Shown here in pieces: positions 54,129-64,000 of a stretch of DNA of 64,000 bases. Origin of the DNA: Geosiphon pyriformis uo1 (lineage: Eukaryota > Fungi > Glomeromycota); assembly GCA_016748015.1 (NCBI GenBank), contig JAAOMT010000627.1, positions 124,001 to 188,000 of the forward strand, given 5' to 3'. Every line of letters begins with the position of its first letter. Position 1 is the first letter of the stretch. Both the position numbers and the translations under genes were made by a program. Under the pieces are notes generated by a model. The model was not told the DNA's origin. It worked only from the letters and a program-made list of their open reading frames with translations, and searched no databases.

Positions 54129-54850
54129 TCATCCTCTCCAAAGAAATTGAGCTCCAGCAAAATCAAGCTATTTATGAGATAGTCTATGTGAAGAGTTTTG
54201 TCTAACTCAAAACTAACTAGTTTGTTGAAGTCTTTTGTGGATAGGGTATATAATACTTAAGGTGAAATAAGTTTTGTATCCAAGAGACCAAATCTTTGTA
54301 TAAGAGTTCTGGCTTTTCTAGCAATGGTCAAAACTCTTGGGACATCCAATCATATAATGCCCAAAATTTCTCTTTGTATCTCTGAAGTTGTTTTCTTCAT
54401 GAGCTTCATGTCTTCTATGATTTCACCAAGATGACCATAGAGTTCTAATTGTCTTCCATATGACAAGTTTTTGTCTATGGGCAAGATTTCTTGTATCATT
54501 TTTCCAATTGTGCTGGAAGGTAAAAGTATTGCTGCTGTTATGCTTTCCAGCAGGTATTTATCCATTTTGCCACCAATTCTTTCTCTTCTGGTAGTTGTTT
54601 TTTTTGGTCTAATAACAGTATGAGTTCCACTGTTGTCTGTTATGGTGGTTTGTTTTCCAATAGTCAGAGTAGCATTTGGATAGTTCTTGATCCAGTACTT
54701 ATGGAGAGTATAGAAAGTGTTTTGAATGTTTTGATTCAGGAAATAATTGTTTATGTCAATTGAAGATACCTCTGTTTTTGGAATGGTGTATTTATTTATA
54801 TCTGATTTTTGCTGATCATTTGGGTCGGTATTACCACAACAGATAACCAA
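54129..54850 (-). pseudogene. D ORF3, unknown function
   Basis: 166-aa ORF 54350-54850 plus a probable continuation to AGAQFLWRG* at the PPT. Confidence 0.65.
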
Positions 54851-54855
54851 TCAAG

Positions 54856-56115
54856 TCATTTGTGATATTTCTTGAGTCGTGTGCCATGAACAGGGTGATC
54901 ACTGAATATTGTTCCATATTGATCTTGTAGGATATATGAACTATTGTTCAAAACTTTGTTGACTATAAAAAGTTCTTTCCAGTGGTTGGAGAATTTATCA
55001 CCATAGACATTGTCTCTGTCTGAATGGTATTCCAAAACTAAGTCACCAACACTTAAAGAAAGTGTTTTATAGGTCTTTTTCTTTTTGAGCTTCTCTTGGA
55101 ACTGTTTTATTTTTTCAAAGACAATTATTCGTGCTTCTATCAATGAGTCAAGAATGGTACCAAGTCTTCTTTGCAAAATGTCCTTGTAATCTCCTATTGT
55201 TATTTCTTCAAAAGGTATTGTTTCTATATCCATTTCTATTGGTAGAGGTGCCATTCGTCCATAGAGCAGATAAAAGGGTTCATAACTTGTTATGTCATGA
55301 TTCACAGTTCTGTAGGTGAACAAAGCTAAAGGCAATACTTTGTCCCATAGGTTGGTTTCTTTACTGGTTTTGGCTAGGGTTTTACATAGTGTTCTATTGA
55401 AATGTTCCACTAGGCCATTTGTTTGGAGGTAATAAGGGGAAGAGAATTTATAATGTATTCCCATTTTTTTGCAAAGTTCTTCAACCAGTGTACTGAGAAA
55501 AGCTCTTCCTCTATCAGATAAAAGTTCTTTGGGGCAGCTGTGGCAACAGATAATATCTTCATAAATAAAATTGGCAATTGAGACTGCTGTTTGATCTGGG
55601 GTGGCTCTTGCTTTTACCCATTTTGTAAGATAGTTGGTAGCTGTGATAATGTATCTGTTGCCATCAGGAGTTACTGTTAAAAGTCCAACAACATCTATAC
55701 CAATTCTGTCAAATAGTTGACCAACAGAGATTGGGTGGATATCTTCCTTGTGATTGGGTTTTCCTCTTCTTTGGCAGGTATTACAGATTTTGATGTATTC
55801 AGCAATGTCTTTTCCTAAGGTAGGCCAATAATAGCGAGCTAAAGTTTTTTGGATCATTTTTGTTTTTCCAAAGTGTCCAGCTAATGGATCAGTGTGCATA
55901 TTGTAGATCACAATTTCTTTTTCTTCAAATCTGATGACTCTCTGGGGGTGGTCAGGATCTTTTCTATTTCTTTTATATAGCTGGTTTTGGCTAATCAAAT
56001 AGAAATTTGATTGTTTGTGCAAATGTTTTCTTTGCTGTTGAGTATAGTCCAACAAATATTGTCCTTTACCCAAAAATTCCATTAAGGCAGAGTAGTTGTC
56101 CAAGTCCATTATCAT
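54856..56115 (-). CDS. D integrase, uninterrupted 419-aa stand-alone ORF (GIN1/Ginger-like N-terminus, HHCC, DDE core, GPY/F)
   Basis: HTDPLAGH...CNTCQ; IGIDVVG; LLSDRG; TNGLVEHFNRTL; VGDLVL..HWKELF. Confidence 0.93.
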   Translation of the reverse strand: MIMDLDNYSALMEFLGKGQYLLDYTQQQRKHLHKQSNFYLISQNQLYKRNRKDPDHPQRVIRFEEKEIVIYNMHTDPLAGHFGKTKMIQKTLARYYWPTLGKDIAEYIKICNTCQRRGKPNHKEDIHPISVGQLFDRIGIDVVGLLTVTPDGNRYIITATNYLTKWVKARATPDQTAVSIANFIYEDIICCHSCPKELLSDRGRAFLSTLVEELCKKMGIHYKFSSPYYLQTNGLVEHFNRTLCKTLAKTSKETNLWDKVLPLALFTYRTVNHDITSYEPFYLLYGRMAPLPIEMDIETIPFEEITIGDYKDILQRRLGTILDSLIEARIIVFEKIKQFQEKLKKKKTYKTLSLSVGDLVLEYHSDRDNVYGDKFSNHWKELFIVNKVLNNSSYILQDQYGTIFSDHPVHGTRLKKYHK

Positions 56116-56174
56116 GTTTGTTTGTGGGAAAGTTACAAATAATTAAGTTGGTTTGGTTTGAGAGAGTTTTACTA

Positions 56175-59100
56175 TTACTGGATGGTAAGTCTGGAGAGAG
56201 CATTAGCATTTTGATGATTAGCTCCTTTGTGGTGTTGAATGTCATAGTCAAATTCATCCAAGTGGAGTATTCAGCGAGTTATCTATTTATGTTCCAGGTT
56301 TTTTTTGTTGTGTAGCCAAACCAAAGCTTGATGATCTGTTACTACCAAAAATTTTACATCCTTAAGATATTTGTCCTAGTAGCTGGTTGCCCAAACTACT
56401 GCTAAGCATTCTTGCTCAGTGACTAAGTAGTTTCTTTCTGCTGGTGTGAGAGTTCTACTGGCATATGCTACGGCATGTTCCCTGTCATCTTCGTCTTTCT
56501 GGAAAAGAACAACACCAAGTTCATAGCCAGATACATTAGTATGGAGGATAAAAGATTGATCCAGATTAGGTTGCATGAGGATGAGTTCTGTAACCAGTTT
56601 TTCCTTCAGAATTTCAAATGCTTTTTGTTAATGAGTGCCCCAGTAATAATTGATGTTTTTCCTAAGTAGCTGATTGAAAGAAGTGGCGATTTTGGAGAAA
56701 TCCTTGACAAACTTATGGTAATAAAAAGCCAAACCAAGAAAAGAGCGTAGTTCATGAACATTTATTGGTTGTCTAATGTTTTGAACTTTTTCAATTTTGG
56801 CTGGATCAAGGAAGATTCCATCTTTTGTAATAAGATGGCCAAGGAACTGAGTGGATTAATGTCTAAAGAATGATTTGATTGGATTAATCTTGAGGCCAGC
56901 ATTTCTAAGGAAATCAAAAACCTTTTGCAAATGTTCAAGGTGTTCATCCCAGGTTTTTGAGTATACCATTATGTCGTCCAAGTAGACTAGAACAAAGTTT
57001 TCTTTTACTGATTCAAATACTTTGTCCATTAAGCATTAAAAGGTGGGAGGGGCATTGGTGAGACCAAAAGGCATGACTGTGAATTTATAGGTGCCATACT
57101 TGGTGATGAAGGCAGTTTTTTTTCTGCTTTCTGAATTCATCTCTACTTGCCAGAATCCAGCAGTTAAGTCAATGGTTGAGAAGAAAGCAGCACCATGGAA
57201 TTGGTCTAGCATTGTATCAATCTTGGGAAGTGGGTACATGTCTCTTTTAGTAATGGCATTTAATTGGTGATAGTCAACACAAAAGCATAGAATTTCTCTT
57301 TTCTTGGATACCACTACAACCAGGAATGCCCATTCACTCTTGGTTTCCTGTATGAATTCAAGGTTTTTCATTTGGGTTATTTTCTTTTTGATAAACTCAT
57401 CATTGCACCAGTTAGATTGATAAGGCTTCAAATGGATGGGACGAGTTTCTTTGGTGATGATGGTGTGTTGTATCACATGTGTACGTCCAGGAGGTTCATC
57501 TTCTTTTGAGATAACTGGACTATTTCTAGCCAGCAAATTTTCAATGTCTATCTTTCTTTCTTCTGGAGAGGGTTCTCTTTGTTCTACAACCAGTGATTGG
57601 ATTTCAGGTGGTTCGTTTTCAAAAGACTTTTGGATTTCTTTTATTTCTTCATGGGGTATCAAGCTGATTGGTTTCCAATCTTTGTAATAGATCAGGCAGG
57701 ACATGCATTCATTGCTAGGAGAATACAATGATTTGTCACACCAGCACCAGGCACAAGAACCATGCCACCAATAACTGTATTTGGCTTTCTTGCCTGGCTT
57801 TCTGTTAAAGGTTCTTCTGAGCATGTCATAATAAGGCCAGCAGATCAGCTTGCCATTGATAATAATTTCTTCCTTATCTGCCTTGACATTATCCAGTGGT
57901 TTGCCATTGCTGGTAAAGATGGTATAGGCGAGTTTAGCAGTTTCTTCTTGTTCTTCTTGTTCTTCTTCTTTCTCACTTTCTTCATCATCTGATTCATTTG
58001 ATTCATTTTCTTCTGGGCTCTGCTTGGGTACTGGGGGAGTTGTCTAATGGCAACACTTAACCATAATGGGTTTCTTACCACATCTGATGGTTAGTTCACA
58101 GAGTTCATAATCAAGCAAAGCTTTTGCTTTCTTGAGCCATTCATTGCCAACAATAATGGTGTATTCTTTCACTTTAGATACTTTCATATCAGTTTCAATG
58201 CTGATGCCATTGATGCAGACAGGAATAGCTTTGGCTATGCCAAGCCCTTTCTTCTTATCACCATGCACATTGGTCATTGGTCATGTAGATGGTTCGTCAA
58301 TTTTTCTGCCAATTGCTTCAAGAAAGTGTTTGGCAATAACACTAACAGATGATCCACTGTCTAGGATCAAATCAATGAAGTAGCCAGCCACTTGGGCTTT
58401 ACAAATTAGAGGAGTGACATTGCTATTGTCAGCAAGTCCAGCTTGGTGAGAGCATTTGTTGGTTTTGGGTGTCTTTTTTTTTGGAATCAGAGATTTGCGA
58501 AGATCTTTTCTGAATTGTGGATGGGTCATTAATTGGCCAAAGATTATATGTGCTGGGGTTTCCATAAGGTCTTTGACAACAAAATAGGGGCCGGATTTTT
58601 GTACTATTTCTGGGGGTTCTAACTTTGAAGGATTCTTGAAAACTTTGGCTTTTGAGGGCTCATTGTTATTAGCAGTTGATGTAGAAGCTTTATTGGGGTC
58701 CAGAATGAAATCAACTTTGGCTTTCTTCTTCTTTCTTGTGGATTCAGAGGGGTTGGTTGCTAGTTTATCCATGTCATAGTTATTATCAGTTAAGTTAAAA
58801 GCAAAAAAGGGGTTTTTTTCTGGTTGGCTTGCACTCTCACCCTTTGGAGGTGCCTACCAGTTTAAAGGCTGATAAACAGTGGCTTCAACTAGGGAATCCT
58901 CTCCAAAGAAATTGATGTTGGCATGATTGGGTCTTTGGTTGGGCACATTGTTGTTGTTGGGTCTGTTGTTCTGAGCATCATTGTTTCTGAGAACTGGTGG
59001 AGGCAGTGGAGGATTGTTGCAATCTCTTGAAAAGTGTCCAGTTAATCCACAGCAATAGCATACAAGTGGGCCATGATTTTGTTGTCTTTAATAAGGTGGT

Positions 59101-60408
59101 TGCTAAGGCTGATTGAAGCGTAGTTCAAATCTGGATCTTTGTGGTTGTTGATTTTCTCTGACTGCTTGGGCTAAGGGTTCTAATAACTGGGCAAGATTTG
59201 CTGTGAGTCTGTTTATTAACTGTTCATTTGGATCTTGAGTGTGAGTGGCAAAAGAAGTAGCAGCCATTTGAGGGGCAAGGGCCATGACAGGAGCAGGAAC
59301 AAAAACTGGTAGTGTAGATCCCAAGTGCATCCTTTGGTTATCTTCAATTCTTTGTGCTAATTCAATGGCCATATCCATGGTGAGATTATTATTCAGGGCC
59401 AGGAGGAGCCAAAGAGCATATGATAGATCAGTTTTCAATTCTTTTGTAAAGGAGTGAATTTTTTGCTCTTCTGTCCAATTTTTCCCAGAGTCTACACGTT
59501 TGATTAGCTTTTTAATAGCCTTGGCATATTCAGTCACTACTTCTCCAGAACCTTGGGTTCTTCTTTCCAATTCCATGTGCCATTTTGATATTAATATTGG
59601 GGTTTTGAACTTGGCCTCAAATCAGGTAGTAAAAGAGGTATTTTCTTCTCTAGCATTGATTGGTGTCTATCTGATTATTCTGTGTTGAGCATTGGCATCT
59701 GTTTCTTGTGAGAACCAGATAGCAGGAGAGCCTTGAAGGTAGCCACCAACGATTTGGAACTTGTATTCTTCATCATACTGGTTGGCTGTGGCAGCTCTCT
59801 CAAAATCATCTAACCATTCAATTGGATCTTATGCATCACCTCTAAATAGTGGTAGTGGGATATTGTTTTTTCTTCCTAGAGCAGTTTGTATACCTTGAAG
59901 GGCAGCCAGAATGTTTGCTTGCATGGGGTCATTAGCCATTGGTTCAGGAATAACTGTTTGTGTAGACGAGTTTGATTCACTTGATAAAAAGTCAAAAACA
60001 GGGGCAGTTTAATAACTTTCTTCTTTTGTTTCAAAAGAGAGTTTCAGTTGCTTGATGGGCAGCAATCCAAATGTGGATTTGATGATTCAGATATTCGAAA
60101 TCAGAAGGCTGTTGTTCAAAGGTTGCAGAATATAAGAGTTGATTGATACTGTTGTTTCTTTCTTCAAAGTCGTTTTCAAAATAAGCTTGGTCAAAATAAT
60201 AGATCATATAAGCTGTGTAGGTTTCAGTTGAATGCTCGTTCAGAAACCAGTTCCAAAAGTCTTGAAATTGTCTACTGGATTGTTTTTCAAGGGAGAAACA
60301 GATCAAGCAGAAGGGCAGAGGATTAAGTTCAATGAAATTTAGATCGTTTCTGTTGTGTGCTGCAAAGTGTTCTTCTGATTGCTGTGGCAGATATGAGTAA
60401 TCACCCAT
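56175..60408 (-). pseudogene. D gag-PR-RT-RNase H pseudogene
   Basis: PLFRGDA capsid, CYCCGLTGHFSRDC knuckle (~59020-59060), LILDSGSS, IDLTAGFWQV, YLDD, LHTNVS, NANALSR followed by TAA TAG TAA. Confidence 0.93.
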
Positions 60409-60437
60409 ACAATGAGGGAATAAGTGAATTTTGACAA

Positions 60438-60454
60438 CCTCACAGGGAGCACTA
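60438..60454 (-). promoter_or_regulatory. Primer binding site of D
   Basis: TAGTGCTCCCTGTGAGG, same as family B apart from one G>A; 6 nt after the LTR. Confidence 0.88.
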
Positions 60455-60460
60455 CTTTTA

Positions 60461-61188
60461 TGTTACAGGTTGGAGTAACAAGCTAATGGATAGCAAGGGA
60501 GAACAGTATTGTATGGTGATGGAAATAAACAAAAAGGGAATTACAATAAGGAAGCGAATTGAATAAATAGGAATTCAATGTGCATGATCAGTCTCATAAA
60601 AATCACAGTCGCTAATCTTTTCTTAAATCTGAAGGTAGAGAAATAGTCCATGATTGTCAACAAGATAACACTGCTGTTATTTTTCTATGTCTCAACTTGG
60701 CAATTTTTAGAATCAATAACAGGTATTGTTGTACTTTTCAATCATTTTTTTATTCAATGAATTACAAGAGCAAGCCAATTGCTTCTCAGGCTAATTCTAA
60801 CAAATACAAATCAAGAAAGAGAAAAGATAAGGTATGTAAATGCCAACAAGTAGATACTTGAAGGTAAGGAAAGAGGAATAAGTGATTATGAGAGAAAGTA
60901 ATTGATATTGTTTTATTTTATTACTTTGATCATGTCTTTTCTACAGCTAAGGGAATTATCACTTATATAGCTATCTAAAGTGGTCAATAACCAGGTCAAT
61001 GATCAGGTCAATGATCAGGTCAACGATCAGGTTATTGATCAGATCAATAATCAGGTCAATGATCAAGTCAATGGTCAGGTTATTGATCAGGTCAACGATC
61101 ACTATCTAAAAATAGGGTGGCTAATTATATGACATTAGTGGCTAATACATATGATAACTAATAAAAACTATGGGTTTCAACCATAACA
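60461..61188 (-). repeat. D 5' LTR
   Basis: TGTTAC...ATAACA; GATCAGGTCAAT array 60981-61100. Confidence 0.95.
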
Positions 61189-61999
61189 GTATGAACAAAT
61201 TCCATTTGTCCTGGGTTTCTTGACTGATCTTGGCAATTGCTTTACACAATATTCTATTAAATCTTTCAACTAATCCATTGGTTTGTGGATGATATAGTGA
61301 TAACAATGGTCTTTTGATTCCAAATTTTTGACTTAATTCTGTTAATGTTCTATTCACAAAATGAGTTCCTTGATCTAATAGTAGTTCTTTTAGACATCTG
61401 TATTAACATATCAAATCTTGATAGATGAATTTGGCAATGGATTCTGCATTTGCTTTTTGAATGGCTTTTGTTTCTGGCCATTTAGTGAAATAATTCATGG
61501 CTACTGCAATATATCTGTTGCTTTTATTGGTGATTGTTAATGGTCCGACTAAGTTAATTCCAATGCGATCAAATGGTTGTCTCACTTTGATTGGTTTTAA
61601 TGGTTTACTTGGTCTTGTTTCTTCTCTTCTTTGACAAGCATCACAATTTTGAACATATTAGATAATATCTGAATACATTGATGGCCAATAATATCTTTTT
61701 CTGGTTCTTTCTATGGTCGTTTTTTTATGAAAATGTTCTGCTGTTAGATCTGAGTACATGTTGAATAATATTGTCTCTTTCTCTGGTTTTGTGATTACTT
61801 TGATTGGTTGATTTGGATTTTTTCTGTTCTTCCAGTAGAGTATATTTTGATGATTGATAAAATATTTTGATTGTTGTTTTATGTTGTTTTGTTCCTTTTG
61901 AGATAATTTCTCCTTAAATGATTGAGTATTTATATAATGTTGGAGTTGTTGGTATTTTTGTGTGTTCATTTTTTGTTATATTTTTGGGTTGAAATGTTT

Positions 62000-64000
62000 T
62001 TAGATTTGTCTCATTCATAACAGTCCATTGGCATTTCCATTGTCTTTTCCCTTTTTATAATGTACTGTATAATTAAATGGTGAAAGTTCTATTTTCCATC
62101 TGGCATGGTGATTGTCTGCAAATTCTTGTTTTTGGATTAAAGTCAATTCTTTGTGATCTGTATATATTTCAAATTTTTGGCTCAAGTATTTTTTCCATTT
62201 GATAACAGTCTAATAGATAGCTAAGTGTTCTAGTGCTGGAGTTCCATAGTTCTTTTCAGCTGGACTTAAGCTTCTACTGGCATAAGCTACTGGATGTTCT
62301 CTTTTATCTGGTCTTTTTTGTGATAATACTGCTCCCAATGCTTGATCTGATGCATCAGTAGTGATGATAAATGATTTGCCGTGATTTGGATACATCAACA
62401 CTAGAGCTTGAATAAGCTTTCTTCTTAATGTGTTAAATGTTTTTTGTTGAGCTTCCGTCCATTCATACTTCACATTCTTGGTTTGTAGCTGGTGAAGTGG
62501 CTGAGCTAGTTTAGAAAAATCTTTGATGAAACGGCAATAATAGCCTGTAAATCCCAAAAATGCCCTTAGTTCTGACAAGTTTGTTGGTACTAGAAAGTTT
62601 TTTACTATTGTAATATTGTCTGAATCTGTTTTGATACCATTTTTGCTTACCACATGTCCCAAAAACTTGAGTTCAGTTTTTTCAAAGAAGCATTTGTTGG
62701 CATTTAGTTTTAATTCTGCTTGTTTAAGTCTTTCGAATACTTGTTGGAAATAATGTAGATGGTCATCAAATGTTTTGGAGAATACATTTGTGTCATCTAA
62801 GTAAACAACTACAGATTTCTATAGTAAGCCAGTGTATACAATTTTCATGAGCTGTTGGAATGTTGCTGGAGCATTCATTAAGCTGAATGGCATGACTTCA
62901 AACTTGAAATTTCCCTCTTTTGTAATAAATGCTGTTTTTTCTTTGTCAGCTGGATTCATGGCTACTTGTCAGTAACCACTATCTAAATCCAGTGTTGAGA
63001 ACCATTTATTTCCTCCAAAAGTGTCAAATAGTTCTTGGATCTTTGGAGTTGGATAGCTATCACCTTTAGTTACTCTATTCAGTTTCCGATAATCTACACA
63101 AAACCAGATTTTTCCATTCTTTTTCCAGACTAGTACCACTGATAATGACCATAGACTTATTGATGGCTGAATTAGCCCATTGTCTAACATCCAATTGATT
63201 TCTTGATGAATGATCTTATGGTTGGCTGGTGGTACTCTGTACACTTTTTGTTTAATTGGCATTGCATCTCCAGTTTTAATCTGATGCTGAATTATGCTGG
63301 TTCTGCCAAATTCATTTTTGCTGGCAAAAATGTCATTGAATTTGTTGAGTAACATCTTTAATTGCATTTGTTAGAATGAGTCTAGATTCCCCATGTTCAT
63401 CTGTTCCAATTGTTCTAGTTGGAACAGATAACATTCATTTTATCTGTAAATGGTTTGTGATGTAATGTCCATATATCCACAAAGTTGTGGAAAATCTGGA
63501 ATGTGGTTTGGTGGTTGATCTTCAACTTCAGTAATTACATATCTAATAATGGTTTTCTTTGGTATTTTGATGATCTTTCCAGTTGTGTTATATATAGGAA
63601 TTTTTATTTTTTTGGGGCTGTTGGCTGATATGTAGAGATTAATGAGTCCAATCTCTCTTGATTCACAAATGGTGGCTTCTGCTTCAAACAACTGAGCTTG
63701 ATTCTTTATTTCTCTTTTTATGGCTAACATATACTGATCATATGATGAGATAAAAATTGATTGATGGGTTGAGATAATTTCTTCTTTGTCAATAACCTCT
63801 TTCTCTGCCATATTAATTGGTACATTTATTCTATCTGTGAATTTAAATTCTTGTATCCTTCTTGCTATTATCTCTAATTCCTCTCTGCTTCCTATTGACA
63901 CTAACTGAGCTATTTTTACCAGAGGTAAAAATATTGCCTGTGCTATCTTTTCATTTGGCTCTATAATATATGCCTTTTCTGAATTATTTTATAGTATAGC
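62000..64000 (-). pseudogene. pol: Element H pol (dUTPase C-terminus, RT, RNase H)
   Basis: KIAQAIF, CVDYRKLN, LDLDSGY, YLDD, TTDASD, AYASRSL. Confidence 0.92.

Larger units (their letters stand above)
53462..61188 (-). mobile_element. Element D: full-length gypsy element of a distinct family (7.7 kb, no dUTPase); least decayed
   Basis: LTRs 53462-54128 and 60461-61188; perfect TSD GTAT; PBS 60438-60454; PPT GGAGAGGATGA. Confidence 0.96.
52861..61969 (-). pseudogene. Element H integrase (separate ORF), split by element D
   Basis: ORF 61658-61969 MNTQKYQQL; FDRIGINLVGP; YHPQTNGLVERFNR; host resumes beyond TSD GTAT. Confidence 0.9.
40130..64000 (-). mobile_element. Element H: family-A-like gypsy element on the minus strand running out of the window; hosts B2 and D
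   Basis: 3' LTR split into 40130-40876 and 51974-52125, PPT 52129-52142, then ORF3, IN, RH, RT, dUTPase collinear with A. Confidence 0.9.

Noticed and set aside
60570-60660. Intron-containing tRNA-Met gene
   Set aside because: Only the anticodon arm matches; there is no acceptor stem, D arm or TTCGA loop. Reinterpreted as primer-complementary boxes

Overview
AT-rich eukaryotic repeat DNA with no recognisable host gene; from memory it resembles Glomeromycotina fungi such as Geosiphon, which I cannot verify here. The window is a nested pile of decayed Ty3/gypsy-type LTR retrotransposons sitting in older LINE debris. Reconstructed elements: A (1-6195,+, 5' end outside window); LINE fragment (6196-7845); G (7846-32583,+, 3' half only), whose 3' LTR is split by full-length E (10107-31885,+), which itself holds two solo LTRs and full-length B1 (18243-28306,-); LINE fragments (32584-35639); I (35640-40129,+, 5' part), interrupted by H (40130 to beyond 64000,-), whose 3' LTR is split by full-length B2 (40877-51973,+) and whose integrase is split by full-length D (53462-61188,-). 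There are five solo LTRs, and all checkable insertions have 4-bp TSDs. Main novelties: (1) in all four families integrase is a separate AUG-initiated ORF after a stop at the end of RNase H, followed by a third conserved ORF of unknown function; (2) a Cys-rich module plus dUTPase lies between protease and RT; (3) a shared PBS plus U5 boxes complementary to the anticodon arm of elongator tRNA-Met, a U5/PBS hairpin, and covarying LTR stems; (4) pervasive C>T/G>A decay that scales with nesting age. All coding regions are pseudogenised, and internal domain boundaries are approximate.
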